A DNA stretch of 64,000 bases from the IMG/VR virus record IMGVR_UViG_3300028394_000035. The stretch is one strand, 5' to 3'. The notes beneath the pieces are model-generated. The model saw nothing but the letters and a program-made list of their open reading frames with translations, had not been told where the DNA came from and searched no databases. The DNA comes from a virus. Positions 17,055-26,463 of the stretch are shown one piece after another; within the stretch, counting starts at the first letter, position 1; every line of letters begins with the position of its first letter. The position numbers were made by a program, and so were the translations under genes.

Positions 17055-17706
17055 ACTGATTAGAGTCACACCAGAAGCAGAACAACATATTGCTTATTGT
17101 GCTCGTGTAAGTAATCCAAAAAATCAAAGTAATCAGGGTTTTGAAGGATTACTAAAGTATTGTATCAAAAATCAACATTGGAGTATTTTTGAACACGCAT
17201 TTGTAACACTAGAAATCAATACTTCACTTGCGATTGCGACACAAATTCTTCGTCATCGTAGTTTCACTTTTCAGCAGTTCTCACAGAGATATGCCGACAG
17301 CACAGAACTACAATTAGAACTTCCAGTTCCAGAATTGCGAAGGCAGGATACTAAAAATCGTCAGAACTCAACCGATGATTTACCGGAAGATTTGAGTGCT
17401 TATTTTCAGACCCGAATTGAAGACCATTTCAAGGAAGCAATTTTACTTTATCAGGGAATGTTGGATGCCGGTGTCGCAAAGGAATGTGCTCGCTTCGTGC
17501 TTCCACAGGCAACCCAGACACGTCTTTATATGAGTGGGAGTATAAGGTCCTGGATACATTACATAGACCTTCGTAGTGCTCACGGAACCCAGGCAGAGCA
17601 CAAGGAAATTGCAGAGAAATGTAAGTGTATTTTTGTGGATGAATTTCCAACTATTGCATCAGCACTTGATTGGGCTTGTAAAGAACCACCTTCACTGTTA
17701 TTCTAA
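17035..17706 (+). CDS. thyX: FAD-dependent thymidylate synthase
   Basis: HWSIFEH, RHRSFTFQQFSQRY (RHRX7SXR) and ARFVLP; ATG at 17035. Confidence 0.97.
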   Translation: MKTPTVRLIRVTPEAEQHIAYCARVSNPKNQSNQGFEGLLKYCIKNQHWSIFEHAFVTLEINTSLAIATQILRHRSFTFQQFSQRYADSTELQLELPVPELRRQDTKNRQNSTDDLPEDLSAYFQTRIEDHFKEAILLYQGMLDAGVAKECARFVLPQATQTRLYMSGSIRSWIHYIDLRSAHGTQAEHKEIAEKCKCIFVDEFPTIASALDWACKEPPSLLF

Positions 17707-17731
17707 ATACTTTCGTATATTATTTTATAAA

Positions 17732-17974
17732 ATGCCAACATATCCCGTTAAACACAAAGAAACTGGTGAAACAAAAGAACTTTCTATGACTATGCTTGAG
17801 TATGGTCAGTGGAGAGATGAGAATAAAGATTGGGATAAGGATTGGTCTGCTGGTGTTGCCGGTGTTGGAGAAGTAGGAGATTGGCAAAGTAAATTAAAGA
17901 AGTCACATCCAGGATGGAACGATGTATTGCATCGTGCAAAAAAAATGCCAGGCTCAAATATTAAAACTCTATAA
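17732..17974 (+). CDS. Conserved cyanophage hypothetical protein (FmdB-like N-terminus)
   Basis: MPTYPVKHKETGE...GWNDVL..AKKMPGS. Confidence 0.75.
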   Translation: MPTYPVKHKETGETKELSMTMLEYGQWRDENKDWDKDWSAGVAGVGEVGDWQSKLKKSHPGWNDVLHRAKKMPGSNIKTL

Positions 17975-17980
17975 AAATTT

Positions 17981-18739
17981 ATGGCTAGAAAAAGAAGAGG
18001 CAACGACAATCAACCTATCGGGGTTGGTATGACCGCAAAACAAGCAAAAAGAAGAAAACCAATTGGTTCGGAATTACTTTTAGATATTGAACCATTAACT
18101 GAAAATCAAAAAAGATTATTTACATCTTATGCAGAAGGTAAACATTTGGTTGCTTATGGTACTGCTGGAACTGGAAAAACATTTTGTGTATTGTACAATG
18201 CTTTACGTGATGTACTTTCAGAGGTTACACCTTTTGAAAAAATATATCTTGTAAGGTCTCTTGTACCTACTCGTGAAATTGGATTTCTTCCTGGAAGTCA
18301 CGAAGATAAATCATCACTATATCAAATACCATACAAAAATATGGTAAAATATATGTTTCAGATGCCTTCTGATGTTGATTTTGAAATGCTTTATGGTAAT
18401 TTAAAAGCACAAGAAACAATTAGTTTTTGGAGCACTTCTTTTATTCGTGGAACAACTCTTGATAATTGTATTATCATTGTAGATGAATTTTCAAATCTCT
18501 CATTTCACGAAATGGACTCTATTATTACAAGAGTTGGAGAAAATACAAAGATTATGTTCTGTGGTGATGCATCACAAAGTGATTTATTAAAAACAAATGA
18601 ACGAAATGGTATTATTGATTTTATGAATATTTTGAAAAAAATGTCTTCCTTTGATATTGTTGAGTTTGGAGTTGATGATATTGTTCGCTCAGGAATTGTT
18701 AAAGAGTACATACTCGCAAAATTGGAAGTAGGAATGTGA
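17981..18739 (+). CDS. phoH: PhoH-family ATPase
   Basis: GTAGTGKT, GFLPG, RGTTLDN, IIVDE and FCGDASQSD. Confidence 0.97.
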   Translation: MARKRRGNDNQPIGVGMTAKQAKRRKPIGSELLLDIEPLTENQKRLFTSYAEGKHLVAYGTAGTGKTFCVLYNALRDVLSEVTPFEKIYLVRSLVPTREIGFLPGSHEDKSSLYQIPYKNMVKYMFQMPSDVDFEMLYGNLKAQETISFWSTSFIRGTTLDNCIIIVDEFSNLSFHEMDSIITRVGENTKIMFCGDASQSDLLKTNERNGIIDFMNILKKMSSFDIVEFGVDDIVRSGIVKEYILAKLEVGM

Positions 18740-19416
18740 ATTTTAATCATCTTGATATAAAACTTCCCGAATTAGAAAGGGAAACGATTGATAGTGTAAG
18801 ATATTATAAAGTACCAGAAGATGATGTTTTGCATCGTCTTGTTTCTATTACCTCTGTTACTAGTTATATTAATCGTCAGATTTTTATTAATTGGAGAAAG
18901 AAAATTGGCGAAGCAGCAGCAGATAAGATTACCAAAGCAGCAACCAGTCGTGGAACTGATATGCATACATTGGTAGAAAATTATCTGCATAATATTTCAG
19001 AACTTCCAGAAGTTCAACCTTTATCGCAATTTTTATTTAAGATTGCTAAACCAGAATTAAATAATATAAATAATATTCATGCTCTTGAAAAATCATTATA
19101 CAGTAAAGTTCTTGGAATTGCCGGAACAGTTGATTGTATAGCAGAATATAATGGCGAATTGGCTGTTATTGACTTTAAGACTTCTGCAAAACCAAAACCA
19201 AAAGAATGGATTGAGCATTATTTCGTGCAGTGTGTAGCATATAGTTGCATGTTATATGAACTTACTGGTATAATGGTAAAGAAGTTAGTCATTATTATGG
19301 CTTGTGAAAATGGAGAATGTGTTGTTTATGAAGAATACGACAAAGAAAAGTATATCAAATTACTCATCAAATATATTAGAGAATTTGTTAGAGATAAACT
19401 TCAAACCTATGAATGA
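18736..19416 (+). CDS. PD-(D/E)XK exonuclease
   Basis: SITSV, ATSRGTDMH, AGTVDC, VIDFKTS and Q.VAY motifs. Confidence 0.9.
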   Translation: MNFNHLDIKLPELERETIDSVRYYKVPEDDVLHRLVSITSVTSYINRQIFINWRKKIGEAAADKITKAATSRGTDMHTLVENYLHNISELPEVQPLSQFLFKIAKPELNNINNIHALEKSLYSKVLGIAGTVDCIAEYNGELAVIDFKTSAKPKPKEWIEHYFVQCVAYSCMLYELTGIMVKKLVIIMACENGECVVYEEYDKEKYIKLLIKYIREFVRDKLQTYE

Positions 19417-19663
19417 AGAAATTAAAGAAGAATTAAATGCTAAATTTTTGTGTCCGCAAAAGTTCGCACAAGAAATTGAAGATATTGTAAAAAACACACA
19501 GGTCAATTATATTGATGCAATTGTAACATATTGCGAAGTTCAAAATATTGAACTTGATACAATATCAAAACTTGTTTCAAAACCACTTAAAGAAAAAATT
19601 AAGTGCGATGCTATTGAACTTAATTTTTTAAAGAAAACTACAAAAGCAAAACTGCCTCTGTGA
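19409..19663 (+). CDS. 33: Late-transcription coactivator gp33
   Basis: FAQEIE..NYIDAIVTYCE...SKPLKEKIKCDA.ELNFLK; lies before gp59 as in T4-like phages. Confidence 0.9.
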   Translation: MNEEIKEELNAKFLCPQKFAQEIEDIVKNTQVNYIDAIVTYCEVQNIELDTISKLVSKPLKEKIKCDAIELNFLKKTTKAKLPL

Positions 19664-20250
19664 CTGATTTTGAAGTATATAAAACTTACTTAGCATTTAA
19701 AAATCACTTTACAAAAAAAACCTACGATTATCATAAGTATTGTGGAAGAAGTCGTGCATCAAAAGAAAGTTTTTATAAAAGAAAAGATCGATATTTTTTC
19801 GAAAGAATTTCGAGGCAAAAAAAAGACGAAGAAATCAAAGCATATTTTGTAGCAAATTTTGTAGACTGTAATGACCCAGAACGACTTTGGATAGGAGATA
19901 TTATTCGTGAAGGTGAAGATGTGTATAAGGAATGGTTAAAGAAGACACAAAGCTTGTCTTATTTGTTTAAATCTGAAACTGAAAGTTTTATGAATAAAAA
20001 AAACTTTGAATCTTTATTTGATTGTAAAACTGGAAATCACCCAGAAATACTGAAAAAATATTTACAAAAAAGTATTACCATAGAAACAATTACAATATTA
20101 GATATATTATTAAATTTTGTTAAAGATTTTGATAAAAAACTTACTGATCCAATTTGGAATTATGTAAGTTTGAGAATTTTTAAATACAAACCTTTTCTAA
20201 ATATTGATGCATCAAAGTATAAAACTATACTTAAAGAGGTTATATTATGA
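19660..20250 (+). CDS. 59: Helicase loader gp59
   Basis: YLAFKNHFT..YDYHKY.G...FYKRKDRYFFE. Confidence 0.9.
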   Translation: MTDFEVYKTYLAFKNHFTKKTYDYHKYCGRSRASKESFYKRKDRYFFERISRQKKDEEIKAYFVANFVDCNDPERLWIGDIIREGEDVYKEWLKKTQSLSYLFKSETESFMNKKNFESLFDCKTGNHPEILKKYLQKSITIETITILDILLNFVKDFDKKLTDPIWNYVSLRIFKYKPFLNIDASKYKTILKEVIL

Positions 20251-20579
20251 GTAAGTTTTTTGACTCGGATTTAGTTAGAAACGATATGAAAGAACTTGAA
20301 AATATGCAGAAAAAACTTTATCAAGAAATGATGTACGTTCCTTTTTATGATAATGAACAAAAAAGAGGACATTTAATTTTGATGAAAGACTTTTTAGAAA
20401 AACAAAAACTTTTTATTTTTAGACTTTCACTTTCAGATGACCCAGAAGCAATAGAAATGAAAGAAAATATGCTCGATTCTGTTGAGTTTCTTGGATTTGA
20501 TAAAAAGAAAGGATTTGATTCTTTTTTTAAAATGATGGAAAGAACTATTAATGGACTTGAAAAAACACTTGACGATTGA
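20247..20579 (+). CDS. Conserved hypothetical protein (DUF1825-like)
   Basis: FFDSDLVR...LEKQKLFIFRLSLSDDPEA. Confidence 0.7.
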   Translation: MSKFFDSDLVRNDMKELENMQKKLYQEMMYVPFYDNEQKRGHLILMKDFLEKQKLFIFRLSLSDDPEAIEMKENMLDSVEFLGFDKKKGFDSFFKMMERTINGLEKTLDD

Positions 20580-20602
20580 AGGTATATCTGCTATAATAAA
20601 TA
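20569..20602 (+). promoter_or_regulatory. Dual early/late promoter of gene 32
   Basis: TTGACG (20569), 17 nt, TATAAT (20592) with extended -10 TG; ATAAATA at 20596-20602. Confidence 0.8.
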
Positions 20603-20640
20603 GGTCCAATATATCCCAATACAATTAATACGGAGAATAT

Positions 20641-21528
20641 ATGAGTTTTCAAGATCTTAAAAAGCAATCAAAGATGGGTTCTTTAACCGAGAAACTTATC
20701 AAACAAGTTGAAAAACTAAATGAAACTGGTTCTAAAGATGATAATCGTTTTTGGAAACCTGCGATGGATAAAGGTGGTACTGGTTCTGCTGTAATTCGTT
20801 TTCTTCCTGCTCCTTCTGGTTGTGAATTACCTTGGGCACAGGTTTGGTCTCACGCATTTCAAGGACCTGGTGGTTGGTTGATTGATAATTGTTTAACTAC
20901 TAATAAAGGGCAATGTCCGGTTTGTGAAGCAAATCGTGAATTATGGAATACTGGAAGTAAAGATAATCAAAATATCGTTCGTGATCGTAAACGTAAACTT
21001 TCTTATTACGCAAACATATATGTCGTAAAAGACCCTGTTGCACCTGAAAATGAAGGTAAGGTATTTCTTTATAAGTTTGGTAAGAAAGTATTTGATAAAA
21101 TTATGGCTGCGATGAAGCCAGAGTTTGATGACGAGAAACCTATTAATGCATTTGATTTTTGGGAAGGTGCAAACTTCAAACTGAAACTTCGTAAAGTGGA
21201 AGGTTATTGGAACTATGATAAGTCGGAGTTTGCTGAACCCTGCCCACTTTTAGATAATGATGATGAACTAGAAACCATCTATAAATCACTTAATGATCTA
21301 AATGAATTTACAGATGAGAAAAACTTTAAGCCTTATTTGGATTTAAAGAAGCGTTTGGATTCTGTTCTTGGAACTAAAACTGCAACAAAACGTCAAGACC
21401 CAGAAACTATTGATGAAGAAGAAGAGTTTGAACCCACAGTAAAAACTACTTCGTCCTCAAAATCTAGTCCTGTCGATGAAGATGAAGATGATACCTTATC
21501 ATACTTTCAAAAATTAGCTGAAAGTTGA
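20641..21528 (+). CDS. 32: Single-stranded DNA-binding protein gp32
   Basis: DNRFWKP, AVIRFLP, HAFQGPGGW, CPVC, YKFGKK; acidic C-terminal tail. Confidence 0.97.
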   Translation: MSFQDLKKQSKMGSLTEKLIKQVEKLNETGSKDDNRFWKPAMDKGGTGSAVIRFLPAPSGCELPWAQVWSHAFQGPGGWLIDNCLTTNKGQCPVCEANRELWNTGSKDNQNIVRDRKRKLSYYANIYVVKDPVAPENEGKVFLYKFGKKVFDKIMAAMKPEFDDEKPINAFDFWEGANFKLKLRKVEGYWNYDKSEFAEPCPLLDNDDELETIYKSLNDLNEFTDEKNFKPYLDLKKRLDSVLGTKTATKRQDPETIDEEEEFEPTVKTTSSSKSSPVDEDEDDTLSYFQKLAES

Positions 21529-21555
21529 TTTCGAAAATTAACTTTTAATTACCTT

Positions 21556-21588
21556 ATCCCCCGAGAAAAATTTTGGGGGATTTTTTTG
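21556..21588. terminator. Terminator between convergent gp32 and gp53
   Basis: ATCCCCC (21556-21562) pairs with GGGGGAT (21576-21582), followed by T6. Confidence 0.7.
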
Positions 21589-21600
21589 TTTGTAAGGTTT

Positions 21601-22260
21601 TTATACTCCAGTTAATCTTGGATTATATGTTGATTTTGATGATTGACTAAGGTAATTAGAAGAACGATCATATTTCATAATATTTTTCAAATCGCTTACC
21701 ATTACTGATATATACTCGGGTCTTATTAATCTAATTTGTCTTTTTTCTTCATTTATTTTTACTTCATATTCATAATTTGTGATTGGTTGTGTGGGATTTG
21801 TAGTTATTAAACTATAATCAGTTTTTGCGTATGTAACTTGAAAATTTGAATCAACTTTTAATCCTGCGGGAACTATAAGTCTTTTGAAATCATCTAAAAT
21901 TTGAATAGTTTCATAATGATGAATATTTGCTATATTTCCATCAGATCCATATTTGTCTAACATATAATTATATAAATCTTGATTACTTAATGGCCATTGC
22001 TCTCTTACGTTTGTGATATTATTTGTGTGTAAAACTATCCAATCTAGTTCTGGATTTTCATAAACTTTACTTGCGACTTGTTCTGGTCTTTCGTTATCTG
22101 TAATTTGATAATAAACAAAAGCAGTAATAACATTTATGATATCACTTCTAATTGCTGCTCTTTTGAAAATATTTTTAACAGTAATATAATTCTCATTTGA
22201 ATTTGAATTCGTCAAACGAGAAAGATATTGTAAATTTGGTAGTTCTTTGAAGTATCCCAT
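21601..22260 (-). CDS. 53: Baseplate wedge protein gp53
   Basis: YFKELPN...ERPEQVA..VY....LDWIVL..N.I......WP...NIHHYET. Confidence 0.9.
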   Translation of the reverse strand: MGYFKELPNLQYLSRLTNSNSNENYITVKNIFKRAAIRSDIINVITAFVYYQITDNERPEQVASKVYENPELDWIVLHTNNITNVREQWPLSNQDLYNYMLDKYGSDGNIANIHHYETIQILDDFKRLIVPAGLKVDSNFQVTYAKTDYSLITTNPTQPITNYEYEVKINEEKRQIRLIRPEYISVMVSDLKNIMKYDRSSNYLSQSSKSTYNPRLTGV

Positions 22261-22261
22261 T

Positions 22262-23773
22262 TTAATAACCTACATCGTCGTCTTGTACTGAATCCAAATC
22301 ACTAGTTCTTGTGCTGAATATATCTGTTTTATAGTCAGTATTATAAATTGGTTCAAGTTCTGAAAATTGCATCGCCATAGTTAAAGTGACTGGTTGTCCT
22401 TCATCATAAGCAGCCCAATTTCCTTCTGGTGCATAATTTACAGAAAATCCAGTCAAGGCACAAACTTTAAATTTATTTAATCCTGAAATGGGTTTATCTT
22501 TTCCTGTTTTGTATCTAAGTTTAAATACATTTGGTGTTCCAAGAAAAAATGATGCTTGACCTGCTTGACCGGTTTGTTTTCTTGGAGCCATACCTTGCTT
22601 GAAAAAACGAATAATTCTTTTTACATTTCTTGCTTCTTCTTTACTTCTTGGGCTCATACGATAAGAAAATGAAAATTGACGAAGTTCTGGACTATTAAAT
22701 AAAAGTTCCAAGTTTGAGTTTGGTATAATACCAAAGCCTCTTGCTAAAATGCTTTCTGGTGATACTTCAAATTGCGCCATTTTAAGAACTTGTGATGCAA
22801 ATGCAGATGCTGCTGTACCTTTTGCAGCAGCACTCTTAACTGCTTCACTTAATAAATCTCCATATAAATTTGCAGACATTCCTCCTTTGACTGCATCTAA
22901 AACGCCAAGTGGACTTTGACCCTTTGTTAATACTTTTAATGCAGCAGCAAGACTACCAACACCACCACCAGTAGCTGCATAAGTACCCATCTTTGTTAAT
23001 GCTAATCCAGTTGCACCTGCGGTTAATGAATTCATTTGGTCTGCTCCCCAAGAAACATTATTACCATCAGACACGCCATTTGGAATTGGTAAAACGCTCA
23101 TCCCAATAAAATCAGACAATGCACTATTTCTTTGTATATTTTCTTGAATCACTTTTGCTGGGTTATTAAATATACTTTCTGCTCCTGTTGGTTTATATCT
23201 AAATTGTGAAATTTCCAATCTATCTTGTTGTGATGTAATCATATCAATTGGATATATGAGAAGTTTTTTATCACCAAATAATCTTTTTTCATTTGCATCA
23301 CCGAAAGCAGTTCCAGAAACATCAAAGGGTGTTAATGCACCGATTGGGTCTGTAACAATTTCTATAATAGCTTTTCCAATATTACCAATTTGTTGAAGTG
23401 TACTTGGTGCAGTTGGTGATATTACTCCTCCTATCCCAGTATCTTGTGAACCTGCTTTATTTACTATAAACCCAGGAAGAATACCAGTTCCACTTATATT
23501 TTTTGCATTTGTAATTGAATTAATTACTTTATCGTGTACTGTTATTCTTTGTTTTGAGTCTGATATTACACCAATTCCAGTAATACTCCATACTCCATTT
23601 GTATAAATCTCGGTTTTTCCTGTTACTGCACCATTAAAATAAACTATTTTATAAAGCTTTGTATTTCCATTAGTTGGGTCATAAGTAAGCTGTATTTTTT
23701 CTTCTTGCCCCGGAAGTGAGAAGACTGGTGGTGGTATTGGGTGAAAGTCATTACTTACTGCTTTTTCAGCCAT
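22262..23773 (-). CDS. 48: Baseplate tail-tube cap gp48
   Basis: NSNLELLFNSPELRQFSFSYRMSPRS..EA...PNVFKL...CAL....VNYAP...QFSELEP. Confidence 0.85.
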   Translation of the reverse strand: MAEKAVSNDFHPIPPPVFSLPGQEEKIQLTYDPTNGNTKLYKIVYFNGAVTGKTEIYTNGVWSITGIGVISDSKQRITVHDKVINSITNAKNISGTGILPGFIVNKAGSQDTGIGGVISPTAPSTLQQIGNIGKAIIEIVTDPIGALTPFDVSGTAFGDANEKRLFGDKKLLIYPIDMITSQQDRLEISQFRYKPTGAESIFNNPAKVIQENIQRNSALSDFIGMSVLPIPNGVSDGNNVSWGADQMNSLTAGATGLALTKMGTYAATGGGVGSLAAALKVLTKGQSPLGVLDAVKGGMSANLYGDLLSEAVKSAAAKGTAASAFASQVLKMAQFEVSPESILARGFGIIPNSNLELLFNSPELRQFSFSYRMSPRSKEEARNVKRIIRFFKQGMAPRKQTGQAGQASFFLGTPNVFKLRYKTGKDKPISGLNKFKVCALTGFSVNYAPEGNWAAYDEGQPVTLTMAMQFSELEPIYNTDYKTDIFSTRTSDLDSVQDDDVGY

Positions 23774-24286
23774 TTATGGTGCCGATTGGTTATCTGGATA
23801 ATCCCAAACTCTGGATTTGAATACTGGTTGTCCTCTTTTATCAACAAATCTTTCGGTTGGAAGTAAAGATACTTCTCTCCACTCACTTTCAGGGACCTTG
23901 AAAAAATTACTACTCACACCAGAAAAAAGATAATTATGTAATGTTTTTCTTGGTGCATTCACGTTTCCTGCTTTATTTATGTATGAAGCAGCAACACCTC
24001 CACGATATTGTGGATTTAGATAATGAAGATTGGAACCAAAAAATAATCCTTGTCTTGGATTTACATTTATAATATAAGTTAATGGTTGTCTATCCCAGAA
24101 TAGATATTTTTGTGGATATTTTGCAGAATACATAAAAAACACCAAATCACCAGGAATAATAAAATCAGTATCAATTTGATTTATATCTTTTTCTTGATTT
24201 GATAGTTCATTCATCAAGGCATTCGTATACCAAGATGCAGAACGAAATTTTTTACCTGCTTCTTTAAGTATTTTATCGGCAATCAT
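23774..24286 (-). CDS. 2: DNA end protector gp2
   Basis: FFMYSAK...WDRQPL...G.NLHYL; adjacent to gp4. Confidence 0.8.
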   Translation of the reverse strand: MIADKILKEAGKKFRSASWYTNALMNELSNQEKDINQIDTDFIIPGDLVFFMYSAKYPQKYLFWDRQPLTYIINVNPRQGLFFGSNLHYLNPQYRGGVAASYINKAGNVNAPRKTLHNYLFSGVSSNFFKVPESEWREVSLLPTERFVDKRGQPVFKSRVWDYPDNQSAP

Positions 24287-24741
24287 ATTTGAATGCCCAA
24301 ATCACGTTCGGTAAAAATACGAAATTCCCAGTTTCTATCTTTACAATATTCACGACAAGCTTCCCATTTTGCTTGATTTACTACCCAAGTTTTAACTGCA
24401 TATGCCCAAGATTTTGTTCGGTTTGGTGGATTTGTGGGTGGTTCTTTTAAATCTTTAGCTGGTTTAATTTCTACAACTACTATTCTTATATTTCCGTCTT
24501 TATCTTTATATTTCAGTTTCATATCTGGAAAATATCTATGTACTTTTTTGTCTACTGGTGATACATAAGGAACCCAAAATTCTTCACTTTGATATGAAAT
24601 TATATTTTCAGTCAAATCACAATAATGAAACATTTTGAGTTCATAAGAACTACGGTATATAATATTTGTTGGGTCTCCATTATATTTTTCTGGATGCTTT
24701 GGTTTGAACTTTCCCTGTTTGTAATTTTTATTTGCAGACAT
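24283..24741 (-). CDS. 4: Head completion nuclease gp4
   Basis: QGKFKPKHPEKYNGD..NIIYRSSYE, HRYFPD, VEIKP, NQAKWEA; CTAAATA on minus at 24769-24775. Confidence 0.93.
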   Translation of the reverse strand: MSANKNYKQGKFKPKHPEKYNGDPTNIIYRSSYELKMFHYCDLTENIISYQSEEFWVPYVSPVDKKVHRYFPDMKLKYKDKDGNIRIVVVEIKPAKDLKEPPTNPPNRTKSWAYAVKTWVVNQAKWEACREYCKDRNWEFRIFTERDLGIQI

Positions 24742-24775
24742 ACATATAATATAACAATTCCATCAACATATTTAG

Positions 24776-25525
24776 ATGGCTACTGCTCCAAAAAAAGGAA
24801 AACCAGATATAGGTCCATTATACATTAGAATGACTACCCCATCACCGGATGGGTCACTTCCAGGTGCAAGGGATATATTTGGAAAACTTTCAGTTACAAG
24901 TCAATTTAAAGTATCTCTTCATCTTACTAATTATGATAGGGATTTGATGGGTTGGTTATCGACTTGTGGATTAACTAATGATGTAAGAACCGCAAATACA
25001 TTTGATTTTTTTTGTAGCGAAACTGCACTTCCTGGTGCAACATTTGATATGGCTGAAGAAAGTGGAAGCCGTCAAGGAATTATAGAAAGATTTCCAACAA
25101 GAAGAATATATCCAGATTTTACGATGACTTTTTATGTTGATTATGATTATAAAATAATTCGTTTATTTGAAGAATGGATGAATTATATTAATCCAATTTA
25201 TAATTCATCTGGTATTGTTTCTGCAGATGCAACCGGACAAGGAAATGCAAAAGATAGTCAAGATTTTTTTAGATTTAAATATCCAGATACTTATAAAAGA
25301 ATTATTTCTGTAACTAAATTTGAAAGGGACTTTTTGGAAAATCCAAATGAACCAGGTGGTCCAACAATTACACAACCCACAATAACTTATAGAATGATCG
25401 ACTCATTTCCTACAAATATTACAGCACTTCCATTATCTTATGAAGGAAGTACGATTACAAAAACGACAGTTTCTTTTAGTTATGCAAGATACCTAATTGA
25501 AAAAAATAATGGTTCTAGGAAATAA
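24776..25525 (+). CDS. Baseplate tail-tube initiator (gp54/gp19-like)
   Basis: CSETALPG, FTMTFYVD, FEEWMNYI and FPTNI...LSY...TVSFSY tube-fold motifs. Confidence 0.8.
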   Translation: MATAPKKGKPDIGPLYIRMTTPSPDGSLPGARDIFGKLSVTSQFKVSLHLTNYDRDLMGWLSTCGLTNDVRTANTFDFFCSETALPGATFDMAEESGSRQGIIERFPTRRIYPDFTMTFYVDYDYKIIRLFEEWMNYINPIYNSSGIVSADATGQGNAKDSQDFFRFKYPDTYKRIISVTKFERDFLENPNEPGGPTITQPTITYRMIDSFPTNITALPLSYEGSTITKTTVSFSYARYLIEKNNGSRK

Positions 25526-25552
25526 TAAATAACATTACTGAAGATATATAAA

Positions 25553-26281
25553 ATGACCCTGCCTAAGATTTCAACACCACAATATGAATTGATTTTACCA
25601 TCAACAGGAAAATCAGTTAAATATCGTCCATTTCTCGTAAAAGAAGAAAAAATATTACTTTTAGCACTTGAAAGTCAAGATACAAAACAGATTACAAATG
25701 CAATTAAGCAAGTATTAAAGGATTGTATTTTAACTAGATTAATTAAAGTAGAAGAACTACCTACTTTTGATATTGAATATATTTTCTTGAATATTCGTGG
25801 TAAATCTGTTGGAGAAAGTGTTGATTTGATTATTACTTGTAGTGATGATGGAGTAACCGAAGTTCCTGTAAAAATTTATATTGATGAAATACAAGTTCAA
25901 AGAAATGAAAAGCACACAACCGATATTCGTCTTGATGATAAATTGACGTTAAGAATGAAATATCCTTCATTAGAACAATTTATTAAGTCTAACTTTGATT
26001 TTAGTGAAGAAAAAACAATTTCAAATATTGATAAATCTTTTGATATTATTTCATCTTGTATTGATGTAGTGTTTTCGCAAGAAGATAGTTGGGCAGCAGC
26101 AGATTGCACATCAAAAGAATTAAAGGATTGGATTGAAACTTTAACGGCACAGCAATTCAAAGAAATTGAAACATTCTTTGAAACAATGCCGAAACTTGCA
26201 CATACTATCAAAGTAACTAATCCAAATACAAAAGTAGAAAGCGAAGTTACGTTGGAGGGATTAACCAGTTTTTTCGGCTGA
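25553..26281 (+). CDS. 26: Baseplate hub assembly protein gp26
   Basis: MTLPKI.TP.YEL.LPSTG..VKYRPFLVKEEKILL, FDIEYIFLNIRGKSVGE. Confidence 0.92.
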   Translation: MTLPKISTPQYELILPSTGKSVKYRPFLVKEEKILLLALESQDTKQITNAIKQVLKDCILTRLIKVEELPTFDIEYIFLNIRGKSVGESVDLIITCSDDGVTEVPVKIYIDEIQVQRNEKHTTDIRLDDKLTLRMKYPSLEQFIKSNFDFSEEKTISNIDKSFDIISSCIDVVFSQEDSWAAADCTSKELKDWIETLTAQQFKEIETFFETMPKLAHTIKVTNPNTKVESEVTLEGLTSFFG

Positions 26282-26283
26282 TT

Positions 26284-26463
26284 ATGGCTCATATGGAATT
26301 GGAGTCATATTTTAGGCTTAACTTTGCTTTGATGCAGTATCATAAATATTCTTTGACGGAAATAGAAAATCTAATTCCTTGGGAGAGAGACATTTATGTT
26401 ACATTATTGCAACAACATATAGAAGAAGAAAATCTCAAACAACAACAATCAAATGGCTCTTAG
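26284..26463 (+). CDS. 51: Baseplate assembly catalyst gp51 (59 aa), not in the ORF track
   Basis: YFRLNFALMQYHKYSLTEIENLIPWERDIYV.LL. Confidence 0.9.
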   Translation: MAHMELESYFRLNFALMQYHKYSLTEIENLIPWERDIYVTLLQQHIEEENLKQQQSNGS

